Source of the DNA: an uncultured Nitrososphaeraceae archaeon
GTDB taxonomy: Archaea; Thermoproteota; Nitrososphaeria; Nitrososphaerales; Nitrososphaeraceae
NCBI GenBank assembly: GCA_963837175.1
Contig: CAWIMJ010000050.1
Location: 192,001 to 256,000 of the forward strand
Direction of reading: 5' to 3'
Length of the DNA stretch: 64,000 nt
Shown here: positions 54,165 through 64,000 of the stretch, in pieces
How the letters are laid out: each line of letters starts with the position of its first letter
Numbering within the stretch: the first letter of the stretch is position 1
The notes under the pieces: model-generated
The model's input: only the letters and a program-made list of their open reading frames with translations
What the model was told of the DNA's origin: nothing
Database searches by the model: none
Made by a program: the position numbers and the translations under genes

Positions 54165-54589
54165 TACGAACGATAATCAAACTTTAAGTGGATGTATGAA
54201 GAAAAGCACAAAATATGTATATAACATCTATAATGTACTTATAATATTGGTGACTGGCCTCCTCCTAAATCAGTTAGCCTTAATTCGCGGAGTTCACAAA
54301 TTCTTTATTCTCTAAAATAACTCAAAATAGCGGATGCACGATGGAAACGTTCGAATTTAATATTTGCAGAGAATATTTAATATCCTGGCGCAAACCGTTA
54401 TCGTATATTTATTTTAGTAATATTATCTATCCAACATATTCAAATGGACATCCGATAGTATTTTATGCGTAACGATTAAAGAAGTACAATAATGAAAATA
54501 TAGATATTATAAAATATGTTCTCCTCTTTCCTGGCAGAACGCTTTGTTTCTATGATGGTTTTTAACAAGGTAAGTGGAATTTAAGCTAA

Positions 54590-55432
54590 ATGATATCTAT
54601 AATACAAATGATGATATTACTAGGAATAGCATCATCAATAATTCAAAGCAACTATATAATATTCGATGATTATCAATTTAATGGAAGCAATAGTCTTAGC
54701 CAGAGGATAATCTATGAACAACAGAACATATTTTCAAAAATTGAGAAGTTGCTAGTTCCATTTATAAATATTACTTCAAATGAATTAGAAAAGTTATTAC
54801 CAGTTTCAGATACATTTGGAGATAATATACTCAAATACACCATTGCACTTTTCGTTGTAATGGATCCTATTGGAACAGTTCCCCTTTTTATTGCTCTAAC
54901 AAAAAATATGAAAAAAGAGGAACGAAAAGCAGTTTCAAAGGTGGCTGTTTTTACTGCAGGTGTTTTACTGATCCTATTTGCAGTAGCTGGCACGCAGATT
55001 CTTAGTATTTTTGGGATCACTATATCCAGTTTTATGATTGCAGGCGGAGTTCTATTGTTCATAGTGTCAATGGAATTGCTGACCCATGGAGCATGGAGGT
55101 TTGGTGGTACGGTATCAGGGGAATCTGGAGTAGTACCACTTGCATTTCCTTTACTTGCAGGCCCTGGAGCCATTACTTCTGTAATAATTTCCTTCCAAGC
55201 TGCTGGATTAGTTGTGACAATATTGTCAATTGCAATTGTAATCGGCGTAACCTATATTATCTTACTATTGGTAAATCCCATTTATAAGAGTACTTGGAAG
55301 ACGGGGTTCTATGATAATTACAAGGGTATTTGCGGTTTTAGTAGCTGCAATTGCAGTACAATACGTAGTACAAGGAGCTATTCAGCTCTATCTGACCATT
55401 ATACGAGGTTCGTAAATTTAATTTACTCATAG
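54590..55432 (+). pseudogene. marC: MarC-family membrane protein with a +1 frameshift near 55286 (natural end about 55415)
   Basis: VVMDPIG..IAGG..VPLAFPLLAGPGAIT; the C-terminal RVLGRRGSMIITRVFAVLVAAIAVQYVVQG is in the shifted frame. Confidence 0.85.
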
Positions 55433-55455
55433 ATAAACCCGGTCACCGATATTTC

Positions 55456-56138
55456 GGCTCTGTTTACTTAGCATTAAGCCTATAGCTGTAGATGTCTTAC
55501 ATCTCTTACGCTTAATAATAAAAGAAACAAGAAACCTTCCAAATATATGATATACGTGTTACAATTATACTTTTCAGGTCTTTCACCTAGAAAAACATCA
55601 CAGCAGTTATCACAATTTATCAAAGAAATCATGTTTCGATAGGGAAGAAATGGATTCAACGGTATAATAAGCCAAGGAAGATTATTCAAAAGAGAAGGAA
55701 AGTATCGGAATTTATAATTGATGAAACATTACTTAAAGTGAGTAATCAATATGCATGGCTCTGGATAACCATTGATTCAATAGATAAAGTAATTCTAGAT
55801 ATTCTTATTTCCTTTGAGAGAACTATTATTATTGCTGAGAGACGTTTATAAAAGATATGATAAAGAAATATGGAAAGCATCCAGTCTCTACTGATGGTAT
55901 TGGTACATGGTGTCATCCTCAAGCTTGTAAATTCCTGAATATGAATCATCATCTGCATTCCTCCTATGAGAAAAGCATGATTGAAAGAACCATACAGTAC
56001 ATCAAGGATAGAACCGAAAGCTTTGATGACTATTTTCCTTGTAGAAAAGAAAAATGTAAACTACAACATATCAGAAATTGGTTCAATTTTTTCGTTGATT
56101 ATCATAATAAGGAGGTGATGGCTTAAGTAAACAGAGCC
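55456..56138 (+). mobile_element. IS6-family element (683 bp), defective transposase, perfect TIRs and 8-bp TSD
   Basis: TIRs GGCTCTGTTTACTTA / TAAGTAAACAGAGCC; TSD GATATTTC at 55448-55455 and 56139-56146; remnants IIDETLLK, STDG, IERTIQYIKDRTESFDDYFPC. Confidence 0.95.
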
Positions 56139-56480
56139 GATATTTCTGTCTACAATTTAATTGCTTTAGTAGACGATCTCTGAGCGGCAACTAGTATTGT
56201 TTCAAACCTCGTCAGTATAGGCTACAACTTTCACTATTGGATAGAACATAATGCATCTATAGATATCTCATGGAGTATATTACTTATGAATATCCAACTT
56301 TCCAATATACAAAAAATTTGCTCAGACTTTTAACTTCCATATTTCATCCTCTTTTAAGACCCATATAGTTGATAAAAATGATCATTTTTTGCCATCCATT
56401 CATAATTCAAGATCGAAGTATTTGGAATAACTTCATTAATATAGGCACTACAAGCTGTACTGTTAGTTATCGAGATGTAG

Positions 56481-57926
56481 GTGGAATATAGGAAAAATAT
56501 GACAAGACATAAAAATGATGAAAATAATTTTTGCAAATTGTTGGAAGAGCAGCTTGAAAGGTTTTTTCATCTTTACAAGAGTAAACTTAAGCAGTTTAAG
56601 GTTGTCTTTAGTTTATTAATAGCATTCGGCTCAATTTTTTTCTTTATTATTTTATTACCATATATTTCTATTCATATAGAGAAGGAAAACATCTCTGAAC
56701 AACAAACTGAGATCTTACGTAAAATCAATCAACTAAATAACAAAATTAATCAAGTAAACAATGGTATTTCTCTTATAAGACAATCTAACGATATATTCAA
56801 AGTCCTCAGTAATCAAATAGTACATGGTCCGGAGGACTTAAGGATCTTTGCAGTTAACCTTTGGGTACCTAATTCTTCTCAAACTAGAGAACAAGATGCT
56901 GCTAGTACAGGATTTCAAAACTGTAGCACGATGGCTGCAGGAACTTATGAGTGGCTCGATTGCAATGTGAGAACAAAGGTTCTAAGTCAATTAGATGGAT
57001 ATAAACAGCTTATGCATCAGAATATTACAATACCTGTTCTTATAGTCGGCGAAGAATTATTAAAAGACAGAGAAAGGACTGCTTTAAAAAAAGAACTCGA
57101 TTATATAGAGAAGTCATTGGTAGAAAAGTTCGAAAATCAAAAGAAAGGGATGAAAAAATATTCACAAATATTCACCTTAACTATGTCTGGAAATGCTGAA
57201 GTCAATATTATACTTAATGACACCTTTTTAGATAATTGGAATAAGTATGAACAGACAATTGGAACTCACAATGACAAGTTACAACGTCTTATCTCTAAAA
57301 TTCAATCCAATTTAGATAAAGAGAAAGATGTCGCATCTGCTCTACAGAACGAGAAAAAGTTGTTACAGGAAAAGGCGAATGAACTGCTGAATCAGGTAGA
57401 ACAGATCGATATCAGACTTAACCAGCCTGTGGCTCCTTTTTTAAGCACTTTCTTTATAGAAATGATACCACTTTATCCTATGTCACTTGCATTGGGCTTT
57501 TTGGTATCTGCCTCTATCCTTCGCGATATATATCATCTCCGTAGAGTGTTACACCACTTACACAAACAAAGATACCCAGAGAGCGATATACTAGTTAGGG
57601 AACATATAGTTATCAATGCACCTTTATGGATTGATCCTTTAATTCCAACACAGAATCACAGAGCACGTTCTTTCGTACTTATAATACCTTTTCTATTTTT
57701 TTCAATTACATTAATTATGCTATTATGTATTTGGTTTTTTATACACGATATTGGAGATGTCTTTTTCTATACAACCTATTTCAATAAAATCATGTATGGG
57801 ATTCTATACACGTTAAGTTCAGCGTTATTCTTTTACTCTTTCTTGATAATAATAAAGGAATATAACCTGATATCACCATTCAAATTCAAAGAAAACAAAG
57901 AAAATGAAAGGTCTTCACATTTTTAA
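56481..57926 (+). CDS. Membrane protein: TM - long coiled-coil - 3 TM
   Basis: 481 aa; hydrophobic segments flank heptad-rich helices. Confidence 0.72.
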   Translation: MEYRKNMTRHKNDENNFCKLLEEQLERFFHLYKSKLKQFKVVFSLLIAFGSIFFFIILLPYISIHIEKENISEQQTEILRKINQLNNKINQVNNGISLIRQSNDIFKVLSNQIVHGPEDLRIFAVNLWVPNSSQTREQDAASTGFQNCSTMAAGTYEWLDCNVRTKVLSQLDGYKQLMHQNITIPVLIVGEELLKDRERTALKKELDYIEKSLVEKFENQKKGMKKYSQIFTLTMSGNAEVNIILNDTFLDNWNKYEQTIGTHNDKLQRLISKIQSNLDKEKDVASALQNEKKLLQEKANELLNQVEQIDIRLNQPVAPFLSTFFIEMIPLYPMSLALGFLVSASILRDIYHLRRVLHHLHKQRYPESDILVREHIVINAPLWIDPLIPTQNHRARSFVLIIPFLFFSITLIMLLCIWFFIHDIGDVFFYTTYFNKIMYGILYTLSSALFFYSFLIIIKEYNLISPFKFKENKENERSSHF

Positions 57927-58292
57927 TTTTGTTATTAGCTTTTTTTATTTTTTGTAGTATCATACAATTCCTAGATCCAACACTTATTCGGTCAATTATC
58001 AAAAGATATCAGAAATAAATCTACCACAATTATAAAAAATACTATTCATGTATTGGTTGGCCAATATCAAATTTTGATGAGTGGTAATTTTGTGTGATGA
58101 ACAAGATGCGTGAGCAAGCTCATCACAAGCAGGCCTTCTAAAACTAACAATGTCTACTTAAATATAAAGAGTATTATTATAGATATTACTATATCATCAT
58201 TTTATGATATTTATTATTAATGCTACTTTAATAAAGTACATAATGAAAAAAAGTGAATTATAATAAATTGGATAACAGCTCAATTTATATCT

Positions 58293-58748
58293 CTAAATAT
58301 TACTTATGAAGTCGCTTTTTAAAGCAAGGTTAAGTTCTAATTTGATTTTATTGGCCGTTCCTATAAGTTCGGTATCTTCGGCGACATGTCTAACAGGCCA
58401 TTTTCCATCTGGGCTGTCCTCCTTAAATCGAGGGATTATATGGACATGAACATGAGGAACTATCTGGTTGGCAGCTCTGCCATTATTTTGTCCAACGTTA
58501 AAGCCGTCTGCTTTAACAGCACGTATTACTGCCTTTGCTATGACAGGAATTATAGCATACAATTTGCCTACTTCTGATGGTGGCATCAATAACAAGTTGT
58601 CATAATGAATCTTAGGAATTACTAGAGTATGACCTACATTTATAGGGTACTTATCCATCAATACAAGGATATTTCTGTCTTCATAAAGTATAGCTTTTGG
58701 CAGTTTTCCTGCTATAATAGAACAGAAGACACAAGAGGAGTTAGCCAT
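58293..58748 (-). CDS. hit: HIT-family nucleotide hydrolase
   Basis: CVFC, GHTLVIPK, NNG.AANQIVPHVHVHIIPR. Confidence 0.95.
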   Translation of the reverse strand: MANSSCVFCSIIAGKLPKAILYEDRNILVLMDKYPINVGHTLVIPKIHYDNLLLMPPSEVGKLYAIIPVIAKAVIRAVKADGFNVGQNNGRAANQIVPHVHVHIIPRFKEDSPDGKWPVRHVAEDTELIGTANKIKLELNLALKSDFISNI

Positions 58749-58933
58749 TATATAATTTACTTTCCATCGTACAGCATTATATATTTATTTAGGAGTATTG
58801 TTTATTAATTGATAAAAATTGATAATATTTAAGTGAACAACGAATTGATATTCGTATCTGCTCTTTCAATTTCTTCTGTTTTCACTATACACTAGCGAAT
58901 TTTAATATAGTAAATTCTATTTATTGATAGACA

Positions 58934-59122
58934 ATGGATGAAATAATAGAGTTAGAGAGCTTTGATATAAATTTCTCATTTCGTTGTCCTAAGTGCGATT
59001 ATCTTAACGACGAAATTTCTGTCAACGATCTTACAACCGGTAATGCTGAATGTGGTATGTGCGAAACTACATTTAAGGTGGAGGGAATAGATGCTGTAAA
59101 AATCACAGCAATCCTTGAATAG
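58934..59122 (+). CDS. Small acidic Zn-ribbon protein
   Basis: CPKC..CGMC, 62 aa, directly upstream of ilvD. Confidence 0.72.
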   Translation: MDEIIELESFDINFSFRCPKCDYLNDEISVNDLTTGNAECGMCETTFKVEGIDAVKITAILE

Positions 59123-59173
59123 TTTGTTCGGATATTCAACCCAACGGTAAGCCTTGAATCTTAAAATATCCAA

Positions 59174-60871
59174 TTGAGAAGACATATTTTGATGATACTG
59201 CCAAGCAGAAAGTCAATAGAAGGTCCAGCTAGAGCACCTCATCGGGCAATGTATAAGGCAATGGGTTTAACAAATGAGGATTTAAATAGGCCGTTAATAG
59301 CTGTCTCGTCCACATGCAATGAAGCAACACCCTGCAATATTCATCTAGGTAGACTCGCTCAAAATGTCAAAAAAGGAGTAAAAGATTCGAAATGTACTCC
59401 AAGAGAGTTCACCACAATAGCTGTTTCTGACGGAATAGCAATGGGACACGAGGGAATGAAAGCTTCCTTGGTCAGCAGAGAAATCATAGCAGATTCTATC
59501 GAGATAATGATGCGTGCTCATCAATACGATGGAATTGTCGGGATTGCCGGGTGTGACAAAAGTTTGCCGGGGACTTTGATGGGCATGGCGCGTCTTAATT
59601 TACCATCGATATTTGTTTATGGTGGTACAATTATGCCTGGCAATTGGAATGGCGAACAAGTAACAATTCAGGATGTTTACGAAGCGGTTGGCAAATATGA
59701 CTCTGGTAAAATGACTTTGGAACAGCTTGTAAATTTGGAAAATGTTGCTTGTCCTGCTTCTGGTTCCTGCGCAGGAATGTACACTGCCAATACTATGGCA
59801 TGTATAAGTGAAGCCCTAGGAATGTCTTTGCCAGGAAGCGCTTCGCCACCTGCTGAAAGTGATAGACGAGTAGCAATTTGCTATGATACAGGAAAAGCAA
59901 TCTACAGTTTAGTTGAAAATAATATTAGACCAAAGGATATAATGAGCTTTGAAGCATTCGAGAACGCAATAGCTGTTGCAAACGCAATAGGAGGTTCAAC
60001 AAACATGGTATTACATCTCTTGGCTATAGCAAAAGAGTTAGCAATTAAATTAAAAATGAGTGATTTTGAGAGAATACGTAAGCAAACTCCACATATAGCC
60101 GATATGAGACCTGGTGGAACTTATGTCATGTCAGATCTTGATATGGCAGGGGGCGTTCCAGTTATACTGAATTATTTATTGAAAAAAGGATTAATTGATG
60201 GAGAAGTAATAACCATTACAGGCAAGACGATGAGAGATAATATCGAATTAAAAAGATTTGCTATTGATGTTGACACTAAGATTATCAAACAAATGGATTA
60301 CCCTATTCACAAAGAAGGTCCGCTAAAAATTTTAAAAGGTTCGCTAGCTCCGCAAGGCGCAGTTATAAAAATTGCTGCTATTAACACTCCTAAATTCCTT
60401 GGGAGTGCTAGAGTATTTGAAAATGAGGAGCAAGCATTTGACGCAGTCTCAAAGAGAAAAATAAGCGAAGCTGATGTAATTATCATAAGATATGAAGGAC
60501 CAAAAGGTGGTCCTGGAATGAGGGAAATGTTAGCAGTTACCGCAGCTTTAGTCGGTCAAGGTTTAGGAGACAAAGTAGCTATGGTGACAGATGGCAGATT
60601 TTCGGGCGCAACACGAGGAATTATGGTTGGTCATGTTGCACCTGAAGCGATGGTAGGAGGACCAATAGCAATGGTTAAAGATGGTGACAAAATAATCATC
60701 GATATTAAGAAGGGTAAAATTGAGCTGGCGGTTTCTAAAAATGAAATGGATAGAAGGAGAAAAAAATGGAGACCATTAAAACCTCACTATACTTCTGGGG
60801 TATTAGCTAAGTATGCTTCTCTAGTAAAATCTGCTTCTCAAGGTGCAGTTACTCTTCCTCTAAAAAAGTAA
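59174..60871 (+). CDS. ilvD: Dihydroxy-acid dehydratase
   Basis: [50 protein letters not shown]. Confidence 0.97.
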   Translation: MRRHILMILPSRKSIEGPARAPHRAMYKAMGLTNEDLNRPLIAVSSTCNEATPCNIHLGRLAQNVKKGVKDSKCTPREFTTIAVSDGIAMGHEGMKASLVSREIIADSIEIMMRAHQYDGIVGIAGCDKSLPGTLMGMARLNLPSIFVYGGTIMPGNWNGEQVTIQDVYEAVGKYDSGKMTLEQLVNLENVACPASGSCAGMYTANTMACISEALGMSLPGSASPPAESDRRVAICYDTGKAIYSLVENNIRPKDIMSFEAFENAIAVANAIGGSTNMVLHLLAIAKELAIKLKMSDFERIRKQTPHIADMRPGGTYVMSDLDMAGGVPVILNYLLKKGLIDGEVITITGKTMRDNIELKRFAIDVDTKIIKQMDYPIHKEGPLKILKGSLAPQGAVIKIAAINTPKFLGSARVFENEEQAFDAVSKRKISEADVIIIRYEGPKGGPGMREMLAVTAALVGQGLGDKVAMVTDGRFSGATRGIMVGHVAPEAMVGGPIAMVKDGDKIIIDIKKGKIELAVSKNEMDRRRKKWRPLKPHYTSGVLAKYASLVKSASQGAVTLPLKK

Positions 60872-61269
60872 CAATTGCCGCTTATAACCATAATAGACTA
60901 ATAGACTGTTAATCCTTATCATTTATATTATTTAATTCACTTTTTCTTAATATTTTATATAGTATCTAAATGATAAAACATCATCACAACTATGTGATAA
61001 ATCGTTGTATAATCATTATTTATTAAATCTCACATCCTCGCTTAATTTCAAATAAAGCTCTAATACAACCGTATGGATGAGGTTTAAAATAGAAGAATTT
61101 TCATTTAAGAATGCAAACGAAAAGAATTCTTTATATTGTAGTTATTGGCAAATTTAGGTAAAAAACTCAAAGATAAAATAGGATGTGACGGCTGGTACTA
61201 TCTTGTTATATATATGTTAAAATAAAGAATATCCATTAAAATATAATAGGAGCAGCAGACATAGATTTT

Positions 61270-61641
61270 GTGCCAGAGAAAAAAAAGCAAGATATAGTTA
61301 TCGTAGCCGAACAATTAAGACCCATTTTGGAATGCTTAAATAAAGACAATATATCGACTAAGCTTTGCCTTGACAAAGAAGCTGGGATCATCAAAATTTA
61401 CTCAAAGGAATATAATATCGTTAAAAAGGCATCTGCGGGATTATCAGAGGTTCTTGAATTATCGTATGCTACTGCAGAACATCATCCATATGCGATCGTC
61501 CTTTATCATACTGTTGAAATTTTGAAAAATATCCTTGATGTATGGGACTCTAACCTGAGTCAAGAACAGATCGACGAATTGTCATGGAGAGCTACTGAAA
61601 TCAAAGCCTCTCTTGATAGATTAGCATGTTTTCAGACTTAA
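61270..61641 (+). CDS. Hypothetical protein
   Basis: 123-aa ORF; TAEHHPY motif. Confidence 0.7.
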   Translation: MPEKKKQDIVIVAEQLRPILECLNKDNISTKLCLDKEAGIIKIYSKEYNIVKKASAGLSEVLELSYATAEHHPYAIVLYHTVEILKNILDVWDSNLSQEQIDELSWRATEIKASLDRLACFQT

Positions 61642-62331
61642 ATTCATTGAAAATTTAATTTATATTATATTATAATATAGTTGTTCTTTTTAGATTGAAC
61701 CTATTGATTTAGGGATTGATTGAATAAGATTTAATATATTATGGATTGTAAAATTGTAGAAAGCACTGAATTTAAAGTTTTCATTGATTTTTCCACATTA
61801 TATGTAAAATTCTTTAGGTAAGTAGAGAAATAATAAAAAATGTTTTACTGATTTCAAATTGATCACCGATATGAAACAAAGCTATTACGATAACGTAGAT
61901 GTATACATATATCATAAACTCAATAAGATAAAACCGACTCTCAGAGAAGTTATCTGACTCGCACAATGTTACAAAAGTATATTAGGATCAGTAACGTAAT
62001 TTGAGCAGCTCCAATAGCCGGCAGATGATCAAAGTCATTCAGATTTCAAACCTCCTTTCATATGAAGAGTGAGGATTGGCAGTGAGTTATATCAAGCTGG
62101 CCAAAAATTATCGTTTAGTATTCCAAACGCAGCTCAAGAATACATCTCAGAGCTATCCATATTTTATATCTACAGTACTTATAATCTAAGCAATATAATG
62201 ATATTAGACAGCTCTTTTATTTTATCTTCGCCTTTTTGTATTCTTCGAGTTCTATGATTATATAGAAGGCATCAAGCCTAACTCCATGTTTTATTAAATT
62301 ATGTTCCTTATTAATTAATATAGACTTTAAT

Positions 62332-63747
62332 ATGTTAAAACAATTCCATCACTTTGATTTGATGAAAAAGAAAGTTTCCTTTATAATATTTCTATTAAGT
62401 TTTATCTTTATTGTTGGATACATAACTTCTTCTGGATTACTTTCGATGAAGAAAAATATACATTCCTCCAATATTTCAGAAAATAAATTAGGTTCTTTTA
62501 TCGCCAGTGGGCCTATAGTATCTCTGTTATTTAATGAAGGCTCACCTCAATCGACGCTCATTAGAAATCAAAGCCAAGGATATGAACCAGCAGCTAAAAG
62601 ACCATCAGTTTCTGACACTATGTTATCTAGAGGCAGCAATACCAATTTTACTGACAGTTTTATGACACCTTCTGGTTCAATTTATGAAAATAGAACATTG
62701 GATAGCGATGTTATAGATTTATTAACAAAGATTATTTTGGGCTCGATATATAATACAAATGGAACTGCAGAACACAAATCATCAACAAAACAATTCGCAC
62801 AGACTGCAAAAATAGAACCGCAGATCTTGAGTGGAAATTGGACGTTTAGAGTCGATCAAGGACTTGTAAAGAATTTCAAAACAATATTTACGATGTTTCA
62901 TATAAATGGTACCGAACATCATGTTTATGAACTTTATAACTTTCGACCATATCATAAAAATTTTATTCATATATCATCATCTCCTCAAGAAAATGTAATT
63001 AACGGAACAGTAGATATAAAATTAAATGGTAAGAATCTCTGGAAGGATATTAACTGTACTTTGGTGATTACTAAAGATAATATAATAAAGATTCTGCTGA
63101 ATTCTAGGTCAATCGATAATCAATTATATCATCAGCCAATATATGGTATAATACAATCATTTAAAGAAATAGGTGGCGATCAAATGATAATGGACGGTTT
63201 AGCCGATGACAAAAATATAAAATCAGTTATTGCAAATAGATCAAACTTAAGAAATAATATAACACAAATTATCTTTGGAATTATTGATTCAGCAAACAAA
63301 CAGGCAAGTCATTACACAATAGCAAGAAATGGAACAGGCGAGAAAGATTTAGGTCAATTTTATAATAATGCAGACACCATGTCATTCAATATCTCAAGAG
63401 ACCGTCCAATAGCAGAAAGCTACACTACTATCACCATTGTAAAAGGAGCAGATAATTCATCAAATGAAAAGTCTTTCTATCCGCAGAACATATTTGTAAA
63501 GCCGGGAAGTACAGTCGCGTGGCTTAATAAGGATAGTGCCATCCATATTGTAACTTCAACTAATAGTAAGGATCTAATTACCGACTATCTTTTTGATACT
63601 GGCTTCATCCAAACAGGACAATCGAGCAAACCTATAAGAATGCCTCAGCAAGATGGCCTCATTTCATATTATTGCAAAATACATCCATTTATGATTGGAA
63701 CACTAACGGTTGCCTCACAGTTAAGCGGTATGTCCGATTCTAGATAA
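62332..63747 (+). CDS. Membrane-anchored protein with a C-terminal blue-copper (plastocyanin-like) domain
   Basis: N-terminal TM helix; F.P..I.VKPG.TV.W.NKD..HIVTS..FDTG..YYCKIHPFM.G (type-1 Cu ligands H, C, H, M). Confidence 0.88.
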   Translation: MLKQFHHFDLMKKKVSFIIFLLSFIFIVGYITSSGLLSMKKNIHSSNISENKLGSFIASGPIVSLLFNEGSPQSTLIRNQSQGYEPAAKRPSVSDTMLSRGSNTNFTDSFMTPSGSIYENRTLDSDVIDLLTKIILGSIYNTNGTAEHKSSTKQFAQTAKIEPQILSGNWTFRVDQGLVKNFKTIFTMFHINGTEHHVYELYNFRPYHKNFIHISSSPQENVINGTVDIKLNGKNLWKDINCTLVITKDNIIKILLNSRSIDNQLYHQPIYGIIQSFKEIGGDQMIMDGLADDKNIKSVIANRSNLRNNITQIIFGIIDSANKQASHYTIARNGTGEKDLGQFYNNADTMSFNISRDRPIAESYTTITIVKGADNSSNEKSFYPQNIFVKPGSTVAWLNKDSAIHIVTSTNSKDLITDYLFDTGFIQTGQSSKPIRMPQQDGLISYYCKIHPFMIGTLTVASQLSGMSDSR

Positions 63748-64000
63748 CTTTTAACTTCACATGATTGTTATTTGTATAAACTGAATAGATCTAATAAACT
63801 TCTTATATGTTATTACAGTAGATTAAATTCATGCAATTCATGATTTTGTTATCATTTATCTTGTCCCACCAGCCCAAGATATAGCGAAAAAAATAATAGA
63901 TCTATTATGCTTTATATTCAGTCGTTTATCTATCTGAGATTTCTGTCAAATCTATCGGCCTGAACATAGATGTGCACTTCTCTCTTCGTATTAGTAGTGA

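Noticed and set aside
58090-58140. Possible C/D-box sRNA (GTGATGA)
   Set aside because: No D box (CTGA) at a suitable distance.
1262-62970. Many short antisense or overlapping ORFs in the track (e.g. 1262-1501, 13991-14521, 45375-45962, 50751-51140, 54712-55173)
   Set aside because: They are shadows of well-supported genes on the opposite strand and have no motifs of their own.
1-64000. CRISPR array, rRNA, integrase or provirus
   Set aside because: No regularly spaced repeats, rRNA-like tracts, recombinase motifs or duplicated tRNA 3' ends (att sites) were seen by eye.

Overview
AT-rich archaeal chromosomal segment, most consistent with a soil-type ammonia-oxidising archaeon (Nitrososphaerota, Nitrososphaeraceae). 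This is inferred from gene content: archaeal TFB, L10e, S17e, EF-1beta, Cdc48, Cgi121, CofE, DpsL, a Zfx-like ferredoxin, a cupredoxin and many small Cys proteins. It is mostly housekeeping genes plus three tRNAs: Ala-TGC with a 27-nt intron, Gly-GCC and Glu-CTC. Gene-poor stretches carry four defective IS6-family copies and one IS5-like remnant. No CRISPR array, rRNA, integrase or provirus was seen. Best leads: (1) an uncharacterised, translationally coupled double-wHTH protein + AAA+ ATPase pair (17286-19562); (2) a rhodanese / C-terminal-Cys small protein / zinc-less 7Fe-ferredoxin-fusion operon (12313-14588); (3) a ubiquitin-like protein ending GG-Ile near a JAMM protease and Cdc48; (4) a surface protein whose PEF-type sorting anchor appears destroyed by a nonsense codon; (5) a bacterial-type PGK. 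Several small frameshifts (TFB, a TIM-barrel protein, MarC) may be real decay or assembly errors. All family assignments are from reading motifs by eye; no searches were run.
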